A stretch of 64,000 bases of DNA, taken from positions 1,003 to 65,002 of the forward strand of contig JAGANG010000035.1 in the NCBI GenBank assembly GCA_017624275.1, given 5' to 3'. The first letter of the stretch is position 1, and each line of letters begins with the position of its first letter. The position numbers and the translations under genes are program-made. This DNA comes from Spirochaetales bacterium. Its GTDB lineage: Bacteria > Spirochaetota > GWE2-31-10. Positions 38,203 to 48,494 of the stretch are shown piece by piece. The notes below the pieces were generated by a model. It searched no databases and was not told where the DNA came from. It saw only the letters and a list, made by a program, of their open reading frames with translations.

Positions 38203-40314
38203 TCAAAATAATTCCAATTGAACTTCAGCTTTTTTTACGTTGTCCGGCTTTTTTTCTTGCGATGCGGTGTTTTCTTCTATCATCTTAATAAAAGTTTGTT
38301 CATCCACAATATTTGCCCCTACACTGCGAGCTTTTTCCAGTTTACTTCCCGCTTCTTCTCCGCAAAGTAAGTGAGTTGTCTTCCCGGAAACCGAAGATAA
38401 AACTTCACCTCCGTATTTTTTTATCAATTCAGCAGCTTTTTCACGCGGTTTAAATGTTGCAAAACTTCCGGTAACTACCCAACGTGTTCCGGACAAAAAC
38501 AAGTTTGTTTCCTGTTCGTTTTTTTCATCTTCTGCAAATTTCAATCCGACATTTTTTAGTATTTTTATTTGTTCCAACAATTTTTCATCATTAAAAGAAT
38601 CAATGACAGATTGTGCCAATGTTTCGCCGAATCCGTCAATATCAGTAAAAAATTGAAGGTTTTTCTTTTGTGCCGCTTCAATTATTTTATCTACGGAATG
38701 AAAATTATTAACTAATATTTCAGCTGCTTTTCCGCCGATGTCTTTCAATCCCAACGATGCAAGCACTACCGAGAACGGATTTTTTTTAGATTCTTCCACT
38801 GATTGGAAAATATTACGAATCTTTTTTTCACCGTAACCTTCTGTTCCCAATAATTTCCAAAAATCAAATGTATAAATATCCGATATTTGAATTATCATAT
38901 TATTTTCAAATAAAAACTCTAATGTTTTATCACCGAGTGATTCTATATTCATTTGACTTCGCCCGGCAAAATATTGCAATCGCCCAAGCATTTTCTTAGG
39001 GCACTCACTGTTTGCACAAAAATGATGAGCTCCGTCTTTTACCAAAATACTTGCACATGACGGACATTTTTCGGGAAAACTCAACGGTTCTATATTTTCC
39101 CCTTTTTCAACAACTTCTTCTACTGCGGGAATTACATCGCCACGTTTTGAAATATTTACCGTATCGCCGATATTTATTCCCAACATTTGAATATAATCTT
39201 CGTTATGAAGTGTTGCTCGTGAAATTACGGAGCCGGCTAATTCTACAGGTTGCAACAACGCCACCGGAGTAATTCGTCCGCCTCGTCCTACTTGAAAAGT
39301 AACGCCTTTTAATATCGTTTGAGCTGTCGGAGCATCAAATTTATAAGCTATAGCCCATCTGGGATGATGTTCCGTCATTCCGAGTTTTTCACGCAAAGCT
39401 ATATCATTAACCTTTATTACAAGTCCGTCTATGTCATAATCTAATGTTTTTCTGATTTGAGAAAATTTCAAAAGATATTCGACTGCATTTTGAAGATTTC
39501 CTATAGTGCTGTCGGGAAACGCACGATTTATTTTATCACGCAATTCTTCGTTGATATTTTGTGATGTAAAAAATCCGAAATACGAATTTACCGGTAAACC
39601 ATTTTCTTTCATAAAAATCATATTTTCAAGATGGCTTGAAAATATCTGATTTTCCGGAAAACATTCATACACAAAGATTCTCAGCGGACATTCTGCTACT
39701 TCACTTGATTTTAATCTGCGAGAACACCCACTCGCCAAATTGCGAGGATTGGCGTAACGATTGTCTCCGTAATTTTTATTGTATTCCTCAAAATCTTTCG
39801 TTGTAATATAAATTTCTCCGCGAACTGCTACTTTACCTGTATAACTGATTTTTAAAGGAATATTTCTGATAGTTTTAACATTCGCCGTTATATCATTGCC
39901 GATATAGCCGTTTCCTCGTGTCAATGCATATTGAAGTTCTCCGTTGTCGTAATATAAAACTACTCCGGAACCGTCGATTTTAGGTTCTATCGACAATTCT
40001 ATTTGTGACGGAAATTTATCCTGAGTTCGTTTAATCCAGCCAAGCATATCTTCTGCACTGTAACATTTATCCAAAGACAATACCGGCACAGAATGCTCTC
40101 GTTCGGGAAGTTCATTGTCGATATCGGAACCGATTTTTGCCGTAGGAGAATTAGCATCGTAAAATTCCGGATGTTCCGATTCTAATTTTGAAAGTTTATC
40201 AAACAAAACATCAAATTCTACATCACTCATTATAGAATTTGAATCTACATAATAAGCTCGTTGTGCTAACGCAATTTGTTGTCTTAATGCAATAATCTCT
40301 TCTTTTACCGTCAT
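38203..40314 (-). CDS. ligA: NAD-dependent DNA ligase LigA
   Basis: Adenylation motif EPKIDG, Zn finger CPSCASILVKDGAHHFCANSECP, HhH region and C-terminal BRCT (WVVTGSF...). ATG 40314 (MTVKEEI...) is preferred over the ORF-track start at 40380. Confidence 0.93.
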   Translation of the reverse strand: MTVKEEIIALRQQIALAQRAYYVDSNSIMSDVEFDVLFDKLSKLESEHPEFYDANSPTAKIGSDIDNELPEREHSVPVLSLDKCYSAEDMLGWIKRTQDKFPSQIELSIEPKIDGSGVVLYYDNGELQYALTRGNGYIGNDITANVKTIRNIPLKISYTGKVAVRGEIYITTKDFEEYNKNYGDNRYANPRNLASGCSRRLKSSEVAECPLRIFVYECFPENQIFSSHLENMIFMKENGLPVNSYFGFFTSQNINEELRDKINRAFPDSTIGNLQNAVEYLLKFSQIRKTLDYDIDGLVIKVNDIALREKLGMTEHHPRWAIAYKFDAPTAQTILKGVTFQVGRGGRITPVALLQPVELAGSVISRATLHNEDYIQMLGINIGDTVNISKRGDVIPAVEEVVEKGENIEPLSFPEKCPSCASILVKDGAHHFCANSECPKKMLGRLQYFAGRSQMNIESLGDKTLEFLFENNMIIQISDIYTFDFWKLLGTEGYGEKKIRNIFQSVEESKKNPFSVVLASLGLKDIGGKAAEILVNNFHSVDKIIEAAQKKNLQFFTDIDGFGETLAQSVIDSFNDEKLLEQIKILKNVGLKFAEDEKNEQETNLFLSGTRWVVTGSFATFKPREKAAELIKKYGGEVLSSVSGKTTHLLCGEEAGSKLEKARSVGANIVDEQTFIKMIEENTASQEKKPDNVKKAEVQLELF

Positions 40315-40485
40315 ATCAATAACCCTCAAAATATTTGAAAAAAATCTACGCAGTATAAACAAAAGAAAATCATTTTTCAAAAAAAAGCCCGGCTTTTAAA
40401 AGTAAAAAAAATGTCAATAAATGATTCATCAACATCCGTCCCCCACCTAATACATATGAAAAATTAAAAAAATAACGAGGTTTTT

Positions 40486-41361
40486 ATGATTAGAACAAAT
40501 AAAAGTTGGAGAAATCTAGAAAAACGAGACGGAGAACTTAAAAAATTAATTTTAAGATATAAAATATATCAAAACAACAAAACAAAAAGAAAAATCATTT
40601 CCATTTTAAGTCCGGCAATTGTTCAATATCCTATTTTACAAAAATGCACTGACCCAGACCTTCAACATGATTTTTACATTTTTGTATTATCCAAATTTGA
40701 TAAACTTTTTTCCAAATATAACCCGGTAGACTATTGCAAATTCTCAACATGGTTTTCAATTATTATGAACAGAAATTTTTGGTTATTTCTCAAATATAAA
40801 AAGCGTGAGAAAGATTCTAAAATCGAAACTGAAATTATCGATGAAAATCTTCACAATAAATATTTTGTAGCTGAAAAATCAGTAGAATATGAAAAAGATG
40901 AAGATGATTCCCAATTCGATTTTTTTAATACAATTTTAAATTCTCACCTTTCTAAAAAAGAAAAGAAAATCATAATATTAAAATTTTCCAATTCCTGTCT
41001 TGTCTCAAATGAGGATCCTATTTTCTTAAGAAAGATGGAAAGAGTCGAAATGCTTAAAGAACGAATAAATAGAAATCAATTTACTATTTTTAAGTTACAA
41101 AAATTATTACTCTCATGTGATTCCGAAAAAAAACGTAATGAAATAACTTCTGAAATTGAAAAAATCAAAATATGCCAAAAGAATAAAAAAACGCTTTTAA
41201 ATTCTTTTTATATTTGCAGAAGTAACAAATGGGTCGCAAAACAATTAGGTTTAAAAACCAGCACAGTATCTTCTCTATTAATGCGTGCTAAGAAAAAACT
41301 TCAGAAAGATACTCCGATTGTTTTATTCCCTACAGTTGACAATGAAGATAAGAAAATTTAA
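40486..41361 (+). CDS. Atypical sigma-70/ECF-like protein with an N-terminal extension and a ~75-aa coiled-coil insertion inside region 4
   Basis: Region 2-like DLQHDFYIFVLSKF...FSTWFSIIMNRNFWLFLKYKKRE. Region 4.1-like LSKKEKKIIILKF (aa 155-167). HTH NKWVAKQLGLKTSTVSSLLMRAKKKL (aa 247-273). Confidence 0.45.
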   Translation: MIRTNKSWRNLEKRDGELKKLILRYKIYQNNKTKRKIISILSPAIVQYPILQKCTDPDLQHDFYIFVLSKFDKLFSKYNPVDYCKFSTWFSIIMNRNFWLFLKYKKREKDSKIETEIIDENLHNKYFVAEKSVEYEKDEDDSQFDFFNTILNSHLSKKEKKIIILKFSNSCLVSNEDPIFLRKMERVEMLKERINRNQFTIFKLQKLLLSCDSEKKRNEITSEIEKIKICQKNKKTLLNSFYICRSNKWVAKQLGLKTSTVSSLLMRAKKKLQKDTPIVLFPTVDNEDKKI

Positions 41362-41387
41362 TATCGCAGTCCGAGAGGCAAATTTAC

Positions 41388-42305
41388 ATGAATTTTAAAA
41401 ATAAACACATCATCTCGATTCGTGATATGTCAAAAGCTGAACTTGATTATATCCTCGCAAAAGCAGCACTTTTAAAAAGTAATAAAGACTTGCAAATTTT
41501 AAAAAACAAAGTTTTAGCCACATTATTTTTTGAACCGTCCACAAGAACAAGACTTTCTTTTGAAGCAGCCATAACATTAGCCGGCGGAAATTATATCGGT
41601 TTTGCCGATGTAACCAATACCTCCGTACAAAAAGGCGAATCTTTAAAAGATACTATCAAAACCGTGTGCGGTTATTGTGATGTTATTGCTATGCGTCACA
41701 ATTTGGAAGGAGCAGCTCGTGCAGCAAGTGAAGTTTCTAAAGTACCGATAATCAACGCCGGCGACGGTGCCAATCAACATCCTACTCAAACTTTACTTGA
41801 CTTATTTACTATTAAAGAGCAGTTCGGTCATATCGAAAACCTTAATATCGGTTTATTTGGTGATTTAAAATACGGAAGGACAGTCCACTCTCTTTCCATG
41901 GCATTAGCAAATTATAATGTCAATCTTCATTTTATTTCCCCTAAACTTCTTCAAATGCCTGAATATAACAAAAAATATTTATCTGACCTCGGTATACATT
42001 TTACCGAAGTAGATTCTTTAAAAGAAGTTGGAAAAAAACTTGATATTCTTTACGTTACAAGATTACAAAGAGAGCGTTTCGGAGATCCGTTAGAATACGA
42101 AAAAGCTTCGGGGTCATACCGAGTGACATTGGAAACAATGAATATGTTGTCACCGCATACAAAAATCATGCATCCGCTTCCTAAAGTCGATGAAATTTCA
42201 CAAGAAGTAGATAAATTGCCGAATGCTGTTTATTTTGAACAGGCTCATAACGGGATTTTTGTTCGACAAGCATTACTTGGATTAGTTACAGGAGTAATAC
42301 AATGA
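41388..42305 (+). CDS. pyrB: Aspartate carbamoyltransferase catalytic subunit
   Basis: FFEPSTRTRLSFE, HPTQ and HPLP motifs. 305 aa. Confidence 0.93.
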   Translation: MNFKNKHIISIRDMSKAELDYILAKAALLKSNKDLQILKNKVLATLFFEPSTRTRLSFEAAITLAGGNYIGFADVTNTSVQKGESLKDTIKTVCGYCDVIAMRHNLEGAARAASEVSKVPIINAGDGANQHPTQTLLDLFTIKEQFGHIENLNIGLFGDLKYGRTVHSLSMALANYNVNLHFISPKLLQMPEYNKKYLSDLGIHFTEVDSLKEVGKKLDILYVTRLQRERFGDPLEYEKASGSYRVTLETMNMLSPHTKIMHPLPKVDEISQEVDKLPNAVYFEQAHNGIFVRQALLGLVTGVIQ

Positions 42306-42769
42306 CAAATGAGCGAGCTTATAAAGTTTTTAAAATTGAAAACGGAACTGTTATCGATCATATTAAATCGCCGCTTGCATTAAAAATTATAGAAATTTTG
42401 AAATTACAACAAAATGACGGAATACTTTCTATCGGGATGAATTTTGATTCAAAAAGAATCGGAAAAAAAGACATCATAAAAGTAGAAAATATTTCTTTAT
42501 CAAAAAAAGAAACAGATTTAATAGCGTTGCTTTCACCTACAGCCACTATTAATATTATAAAGGACGGAAATGTAATTGAAAAACGGCTTTTAGAAATGCC
42601 GAAGGAAGTTTCGGATATTCTGAAATGTCCGAATCCGACATGTATTACAAATAAATACAGTGATTGCCAGTCAAAGTTTTTTATAAAGAAAATTGATGAT
42701 AAATCAGCAATCGGACGTTGTTATTATTGTGAAAGAGAAACAGAAATTACAATAGATTTGATGAAATAA
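42302..42769 (+). CDS. pyrI: Aspartate carbamoyltransferase regulatory subunit
   Basis: 155 aa. Overlaps the pyrB stop by 4 nt. Zn-binding CPNPTCI...CYYCE. Confidence 0.9.
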   Translation: MTNERAYKVFKIENGTVIDHIKSPLALKIIEILKLQQNDGILSIGMNFDSKRIGKKDIIKVENISLSKKETDLIALLSPTATINIIKDGNVIEKRLLEMPKEVSDILKCPNPTCITNKYSDCQSKFFIKKIDDKSAIGRCYYCERETEITIDLMK

Positions 42770-42876
42770 TTATTTATTTTATAAAGATATATTGTTTTTT
42801 CTTTTTTCAATTATTGACATTACGCATAAAATATTTCAAATTAGACAGCCAATGTATTAAAAACTGGAGTATGAAA

Positions 42877-43611
42877 ATGGAGAGAAAAAGAGCATTAGTT
42901 ACTGGTGGAAGCCGCGGAATCGGAAAAGCAATAAGCTTAATGTTAGCAAGAAACGGCTTTGATGTAATAATCAATTATAGAGGTAATCAAGAAGCAGCCG
43001 AAGCGACAAAAAAAGAAGTTGAAGCTCTCGGTGTAAACTGTACCCTATTGCAATTTGATATTGCCGATTTTGAAAAAACAAAAACTGCAATTGAGAAAGA
43101 ATTACAAGACAACGGTGCTATTGACGTTTTAATAGTAAATGCCGGAACTACTGCTGATTCTTTACTCATTAAAATGCAAGAAGAACAATGGGAAAAAGTC
43201 ATTGATGTAAACTTAAAGAGTTTTTATTACATCACTCGCCCTATCGTTGAAAGCATGTTTGTAAAAAAATGGGGAAAAATTGTTGTTATCAGTTCTACCG
43301 GCGGTTTGACTGGTATGCCTGGACAAGTAAATTATTGTGCTTCCAAATTCGGGATTATCGGAGCTGCAAAATCTTTAGCAGTTGAAATGGGCAGAAGAAA
43401 TATTAACGTTAATATTATTGCTCCCGGTTATATCGATACAGAACTTATCAGCGACATGCGTGAACATTTCGATGAAATGAAAAAACAAGTTCCTATGAGA
43501 AGAATCGGAACTGTTGAAGATATAGCTAATGTTACTGAATTCCTTATAAGTGAAAAAGCAAGTTATATACAAGGACAAGTAATTGCCGTAAACGGCGGAG
43601 TTCTTACATAA
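42877..43611 (+). CDS. fabG: 3-oxoacyl-ACP reductase FabG (SDR family)
   Basis: ALVTGGSRGIGKA, NAG and YCASK motifs. ATG 42877 has a GGAG RBS 7 nt upstream. The ORF-track start at 42814 is an upstream extension. Confidence 0.85.
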   Translation: MERKRALVTGGSRGIGKAISLMLARNGFDVIINYRGNQEAAEATKKEVEALGVNCTLLQFDIADFEKTKTAIEKELQDNGAIDVLIVNAGTTADSLLIKMQEEQWEKVIDVNLKSFYYITRPIVESMFVKKWGKIVVISSTGGLTGMPGQVNYCASKFGIIGAAKSLAVEMGRRNINVNIIAPGYIDTELISDMREHFDEMKKQVPMRRIGTVEDIANVTEFLISEKASYIQGQVIAVNGGVLT

Positions 43612-43640
43612 AAGTTGTAAATTAATACATTTCTGCAAAT

Positions 43641-43676
43641 AAAAACGTCTCTTTTTTATTAGGAGACGTTTTTTTT
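43641..43676 (+). terminator. Rho-independent terminator between fabG and fabF
   Basis: Stem AAAACGTCTC/GAGACGTTTT followed by a T-run. Confidence 0.7.
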
Positions 43677-43717
43677 AGAAAAAAATACACCATAAAATTA
43701 CAAGACGGAGAAATATA

Positions 43718-44944
43718 ATGAATGAAAAAAACAGAGTTGTTATAACAGGAATGGGAATCATTTCATGTTTAGGAAATACATTGGATGATGTAAGTAAATC
43801 TTTGCAAAACGGAATCCCCGGTTATGAAATAGACCCGGAAAGAACTGCCGTAGGAATGCGAAGTCCGCTTACCGGTACTATAAAAAATTTTGATCCTAAA
43901 AATTATTTAGACAGAAAACGCAGAAAAACCATGGCGTTATCTACTGTTTGGGCTTACGCAGCCGCAGAACAAGCAATAAAAGATTCTAATCTTAAACAGG
44001 AAGAAATAGAATCTACTGAAACCGGTGTAATATTCGGACACGATTCTATCGCTGAAGCATCATATTTAGCAACAAAAGTATTAATGGAAGAAAAGGATTC
44101 TAAAAATATCGGTTCCGGTTCTATATTCCAAATAATGAACTCTACCGTTACAATGAATTTGTCTACTATTTTTCATACAAAAGGTGCCAATTGGTCATTA
44201 GCCGGAGCTTGTGCTTCTGGATCTCACGCAATCGGTCAGGCTGCTGAATTAATCCGTAACGGAGACCAAGAGCGTGTAATTGCCGGCGGTGCACAAGAAA
44301 TAAATTATCATGTAATGGCAAGTTTTGATGCATTAAACGCATTCACTACAAATCTTGAAAATCCTTTAAAAGCTTCAAGACCTTTTGATAAAAACAGAGA
44401 CGGTCTTATTCCTTCCGGAGGAGCTGCTTGTGTTATTTTGGAAAGAATGGATTTAGCATTGGCAAGAGGTGCAAAAATTTATGCAGAAGTTGTTTCTTAT
44501 GCATTCGGAGCCGATGGTGATGATATGTCCGCTCCAAACGGAATCGGAGCTCAACAGGTTATGGAAAAAGCTTTAAGAAAAGCTAATATGAGACCTGAAG
44601 AAATCCAATATATTAACGCTCACGCAACTTCTACTCCACGTGGGGATAAAATGGAAGCTTGGGCTATTTCAAATGTATTCGGTAATCGTCCGTATGTTTC
44701 ATCTACCAAATCAATGACAGGACACGAATGTTGGATGGCTGGTTCAAGTGAAGTTATTTATTCTACTTTAATGATGCGTGACGGTTTTATTGCACCAAAC
44801 ATCAACTTTGAAGAAGGTGACGAATATACATCAAAGATTAATATTACAAATAAAATTATTCACGAACGACCGGAAATTATTCTTTCAAACTCTTTTGGTT
44901 TCGGTGGAACAAATGCTGCTTTAATCTTGCGTTCAGTAAAATAA
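43718..44944 (+). CDS. fabF: Beta-ketoacyl-ACP synthase (KAS I/II, FabF/FabB-like)
   Basis: 408 aa. Active-site Cys in GACASGSHAIG, and His contexts NAHATSTPRGD and SMTGHECWMAGS. C-terminal NSFGFGGTNA. Confidence 0.8.
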   Translation: MNEKNRVVITGMGIISCLGNTLDDVSKSLQNGIPGYEIDPERTAVGMRSPLTGTIKNFDPKNYLDRKRRKTMALSTVWAYAAAEQAIKDSNLKQEEIESTETGVIFGHDSIAEASYLATKVLMEEKDSKNIGSGSIFQIMNSTVTMNLSTIFHTKGANWSLAGACASGSHAIGQAAELIRNGDQERVIAGGAQEINYHVMASFDALNAFTTNLENPLKASRPFDKNRDGLIPSGGAACVILERMDLALARGAKIYAEVVSYAFGADGDDMSAPNGIGAQQVMEKALRKANMRPEEIQYINAHATSTPRGDKMEAWAISNVFGNRPYVSSTKSMTGHECWMAGSSEVIYSTLMMRDGFIAPNINFEEGDEYTSKINITNKIIHERPEIILSNSFGFGGTNAALILRSVK

Positions 44945-44957
44945 AAGAGGCTCATTT

Positions 44958-46460
44958 ATGAAAAAATATGATTTTGTTGTAATAGGAAGCGGACTCGGTG
45001 GTTTATGTGCTGCTATTATTTTAGCTAAGGAAAATAAAAAAGTCTTAGTTTTAGAGCAACACTTCAAACCGGGCGGTTATTTACATTCTTTTAAGCGACA
45101 TGGTTGGCAGTTTGAAACCGGTTTCCATTTTTCTCCGGAATTGGGTGATTCACAAATCTTGCAAATGTATTGGAAATATTTAGGTATACTCGATAAGCTT
45201 GAACTTATTCCATATAATAAAGATCATTTTCATTCATTACAATTTCCGGATTTCCGATTAGATCTTCATTCCGGTTTAGACTCAATGCAGGAACTATTAA
45301 ACAAAACATTTCCTGATGAAAAAAAAGCAATTGACTTATTTATAAAGAAAATAACCGAGCTCAAACGTTATTTTGTTTACTTTAATCGAGATCATATAGG
45401 CGATATGGACAAAGAGCACTCATCTTTTGAAGTTTCTGTCATGGATTTTCTTAATTCTATCGGTGCAAGCGAAAAGCTCAAAGCTGTACTTTTAGCACAT
45501 TCATATTTGTACGGAGTTCCGCCGTCAGAAACACCGTTGGGAACTCATGCAATTTTCTTTAACGCTCTTTATTCTTCTACTACAGATATAAAAGGCGGCG
45601 GTGATGCTTTATGTAATGCATTGGTTGAAAGTTTAAAAGAAAACGGCGGAGACATATTATTCAAAAAGAAAGTAACACAGATAAAAACTGAAAATAAAAA
45701 AATATGTGGCGTAGTAACTGAAGATGAAAGTTACTACGAATGTGATTCAATAATTTTCTCGGCTAATCCTAAACTTGCTTTTTCAATGTTTGATGAAAAT
45801 CCATTCCGCAGTGCTTATACTAACAGAATTATGGAAATGGAAAATACATCAAGTCATTTTGGAGCATACATTGCAACCAGTGCTGATTTGTCAAATTATA
45901 AACACGATACTTTGTATTTTCCTTCATACGATATTGATGAACTTTATAAAAATCCGGCATCAGCATTGCCTAATGACAGTTTTATGTATTTTACTGTTCC
46001 GACCGCACGTTTGGGCAAAACTCCCGACGGCAAAGAATTAATTGAAACTATATCAATGGATACTTACAATAATTATCAACAATGGAGCGACAGTAAATTC
46101 GGAAAACGTCCGCAGGAATATAAAGATTTTAAATTACAAATACAAGAAAATGTATTGCGTCAATTGGAATCGCATATTCCAGAAATTGCCGGGAAAATAG
46201 ATTTTATAGAATCTTCTACTCCGCTTACAAATGAACATTTTACTAACAGTCCGCAAGGATGTATTTTTGGAATAAAACATAATATGGAACAAATGAGAGC
46301 TCCGATACGGGCAAAAACTAAACTTGACGGATTTTATTATACCGGTCAATCTTTAATATTCCCCGGCATTGTCGGTGTGACTATAACTTCATTTGTTACT
46401 TGTTCTGACATTCTGGGACAGCAATACTTATTTGATAAAATTGACAAGGAAACAAGGTAA
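44958..46460 (+). CDS. NAD(P)/FAD-dependent oxidoreductase of the phytoene-desaturase/CrtISO/RetSat-like family
   Basis: 500 aa. N-terminal dinucleotide fold DFVVIGSGLGGL...VLVLEQHFKPGG. C-terminal GFYYTGQSLIFPGIVG typical of the family. Confidence 0.7.
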   Translation: MKKYDFVVIGSGLGGLCAAIILAKENKKVLVLEQHFKPGGYLHSFKRHGWQFETGFHFSPELGDSQILQMYWKYLGILDKLELIPYNKDHFHSLQFPDFRLDLHSGLDSMQELLNKTFPDEKKAIDLFIKKITELKRYFVYFNRDHIGDMDKEHSSFEVSVMDFLNSIGASEKLKAVLLAHSYLYGVPPSETPLGTHAIFFNALYSSTTDIKGGGDALCNALVESLKENGGDILFKKKVTQIKTENKKICGVVTEDESYYECDSIIFSANPKLAFSMFDENPFRSAYTNRIMEMENTSSHFGAYIATSADLSNYKHDTLYFPSYDIDELYKNPASALPNDSFMYFTVPTARLGKTPDGKELIETISMDTYNNYQQWSDSKFGKRPQEYKDFKLQIQENVLRQLESHIPEIAGKIDFIESSTPLTNEHFTNSPQGCIFGIKHNMEQMRAPIRAKTKLDGFYYTGQSLIFPGIVGVTITSFVTCSDILGQQYLFDKIDKETR

Positions 46461-46467
46461 GGTTTTT

Positions 46468-48477
46468 GTGTCTAGAAAATTAATTTTTATTCTTATAAGT
46501 GTCATTTTGATTTCTTGTTCTCACTCTGAGAAAAAAACTTTGGACACAGAGCTTCCCCAAAATAATGAAGCTCTGTGTTCGTTATTAGATAACATAAAAG
46601 ATTCACCGGAAAGCATTTTATTTCCAGATTCAAATCTTTACTTTGCTATTGCGTATCAATCGTATATTACATACGGATTTAATAATTCTACGTTAGAATT
46701 TACAAAGCGAATTTTGGCAGATTCTGAACATCTTTTTTATCGAGAAGCTTTTGATTTATATTTTCACTATGCAATGACAAAAGAAAATCCAAATCTTATT
46801 GAGCCGTATATAAAAAAGAAAGGAATACCTGTTGGGCTTGGTTACACGCCTCTTCTTGAAGCAATTTATTTAAAAGCTCCGTTAAAATCATTGAAAACAA
46901 TTGAAGGTAAGACAGACTTTATTCCTGCTGTATCTTTATTAACAAAACAATCTTCTTATAAAAAGAACAGACAAGAGATAATAAAATACTTTACTTCTTT
47001 GGTTTCCGATATAAAAAAACGACGAGAAAACAAGCCAAACCTGAAAGTTGAATATTTTCAACAAATGTTTAAAGACACAAAAGATTATTTCTATTTAATA
47101 TTTGCTTCTTGGTTATCAAATAAAGCTCCGAATCCCCACACTATTCAACTGGCATTAAAAAAAGTTCAATCACTGAAAGAAGGTGAAGTTTTGCAGCAAT
47201 TGTGTGCAGCTACCGGGGCTAAACGTGATTTTTCAGTAATTCTATTAAAAGAGAAAGATAAAAATCCATACTTGCAATGTCTTCATGCTATAACTACAAA
47301 AAATTCACACGGCTATTCATCCGTGCGAAATATTGTTCCTACGTTGGAAGAACAATTTCCGAAATATTCTGAAGAACGTTTTAAATTACAATCTTCACGT
47401 TTTTTTAACACTGCTTTTACTCAACCACAAACAATTGCCGATGAAGCTGAATATACAAAAGAATTTCCTTACAGATATAATGCGTATTTAATAACTTCTG
47501 CAATGTTACGTGACGTATTAGAGAAATTCTCATTGGAACAAAAGAAAAAAGTCCGTCAATCAATAGAAATGCTTGAACCGGCAAGTTTTTCCGATGCTTA
47601 CATCAGTTCTATTGCCTATCTTATTGAAATGATATATCCGGACGAAACAAAATGGAGCAATTATTTAACAAATACATTGCCATTGTCGTATGCAAATCTT
47701 AGAAATAACGGTGGAAGTTTTTCTATAACTCAAGAACACCCGAATTATCCGGAAAATATTTCTAAAGGTGTCAATGCCGAAGTAGAAAAATGGCAATATT
47801 TTAATAAATATAATTTCACAGAAATAATGGAAAATTATATTCCGCCTATTCATCTTCCTAATAAAGATCAAGCTTATTTATACACATTCGTACGTAATTA
47901 TCTCGAAAAAAAAGGTGATTATTATAAAGCTGTAAGAATTGCGACAAAAATAGCGGAACTTTTATACGGAAGTTCATTTGCAATGTCGGATTTAGAAACA
48001 TTAAAACATTTGTATCCATTCCATTATAAAGACAGTGTTGAAAAATGGACAGAGAAATATAATGTTGAGCCGGCTTTAGTTTGGGCAATAATGAGAGAAG
48101 AAAGCAGATACAAAGCTAATATCATATCAAGTGCAGATGCAGTAGGACTGATGCAAGTAATGCCGGCTACCGCTCGCTGGTTAGCTCCTAAAATCGGAAT
48201 TAGACTTAAAGATATTGATTTAACTAATGCAGATCAAAATATACATTTCGGAGTTTATTTTCTCTCCTACTTGCAAACTCTTGTAAAAGATAAAGAATTG
48301 ATTGCTGCCGGATATAATGCCGGTCAAGGACGTGCAAAACGTTGGCAACATCAATACAAAAAATATCCAGGAAAGACACGATACGAAATGTTGCCTATTG
48401 AAGAAACACGTCATTATATTAGAAAAGTCATGCAAAGTTATTATGTATATTCTTATCTGTTATCAATAGACAAGTAA
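46468..48477 (+). CDS. Lytic murein transglycosylase lipoprotein (Slt70-like, C-terminal GH23 SLT domain)
   Basis: GTG 46468 with an AAGGTAAGG RBS. Lipobox LISC. Helical superhelix-like N-terminal region. SLT motifs AIMREESRYK, GLMQVMP and AGYNAG. Confidence 0.8.
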   Translation: MSRKLIFILISVILISCSHSEKKTLDTELPQNNEALCSLLDNIKDSPESILFPDSNLYFAIAYQSYITYGFNNSTLEFTKRILADSEHLFYREAFDLYFHYAMTKENPNLIEPYIKKKGIPVGLGYTPLLEAIYLKAPLKSLKTIEGKTDFIPAVSLLTKQSSYKKNRQEIIKYFTSLVSDIKKRRENKPNLKVEYFQQMFKDTKDYFYLIFASWLSNKAPNPHTIQLALKKVQSLKEGEVLQQLCAATGAKRDFSVILLKEKDKNPYLQCLHAITTKNSHGYSSVRNIVPTLEEQFPKYSEERFKLQSSRFFNTAFTQPQTIADEAEYTKEFPYRYNAYLITSAMLRDVLEKFSLEQKKKVRQSIEMLEPASFSDAYISSIAYLIEMIYPDETKWSNYLTNTLPLSYANLRNNGGSFSITQEHPNYPENISKGVNAEVEKWQYFNKYNFTEIMENYIPPIHLPNKDQAYLYTFVRNYLEKKGDYYKAVRIATKIAELLYGSSFAMSDLETLKHLYPFHYKDSVEKWTEKYNVEPALVWAIMREESRYKANIISSADAVGLMQVMPATARWLAPKIGIRLKDIDLTNADQNIHFGVYFLSYLQTLVKDKELIAAGYNAGQGRAKRWQHQYKKYPGKTRYEMLPIEETRHYIRKVMQSYYVYSYLLSIDK

Positions 48478-48494
48478 TTCATTCGGAGGATAAA

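Noticed and set aside
40381-40485. I considered whether AAAAGCCCGGCTTTT upstream of the sigma-like gene is a terminator or attenuator.
   Set aside because: Only a 5-bp A/U stem is possible once a sterically feasible loop is allowed. That is too weak to call.
42814-42876. The ORF track gives upstream-extended starts for fabG. The same applies to slt (46393), ligA (40380), ugd (26196), ddl (63202), rarA (14239), recX (21926) and trkH (18303).
   Set aside because: Internal ATG or GTG codons with well-spaced Shine-Dalgarno motifs give N-termini that match the family norm. The extensions overlap upstream genes or RBS sequences.
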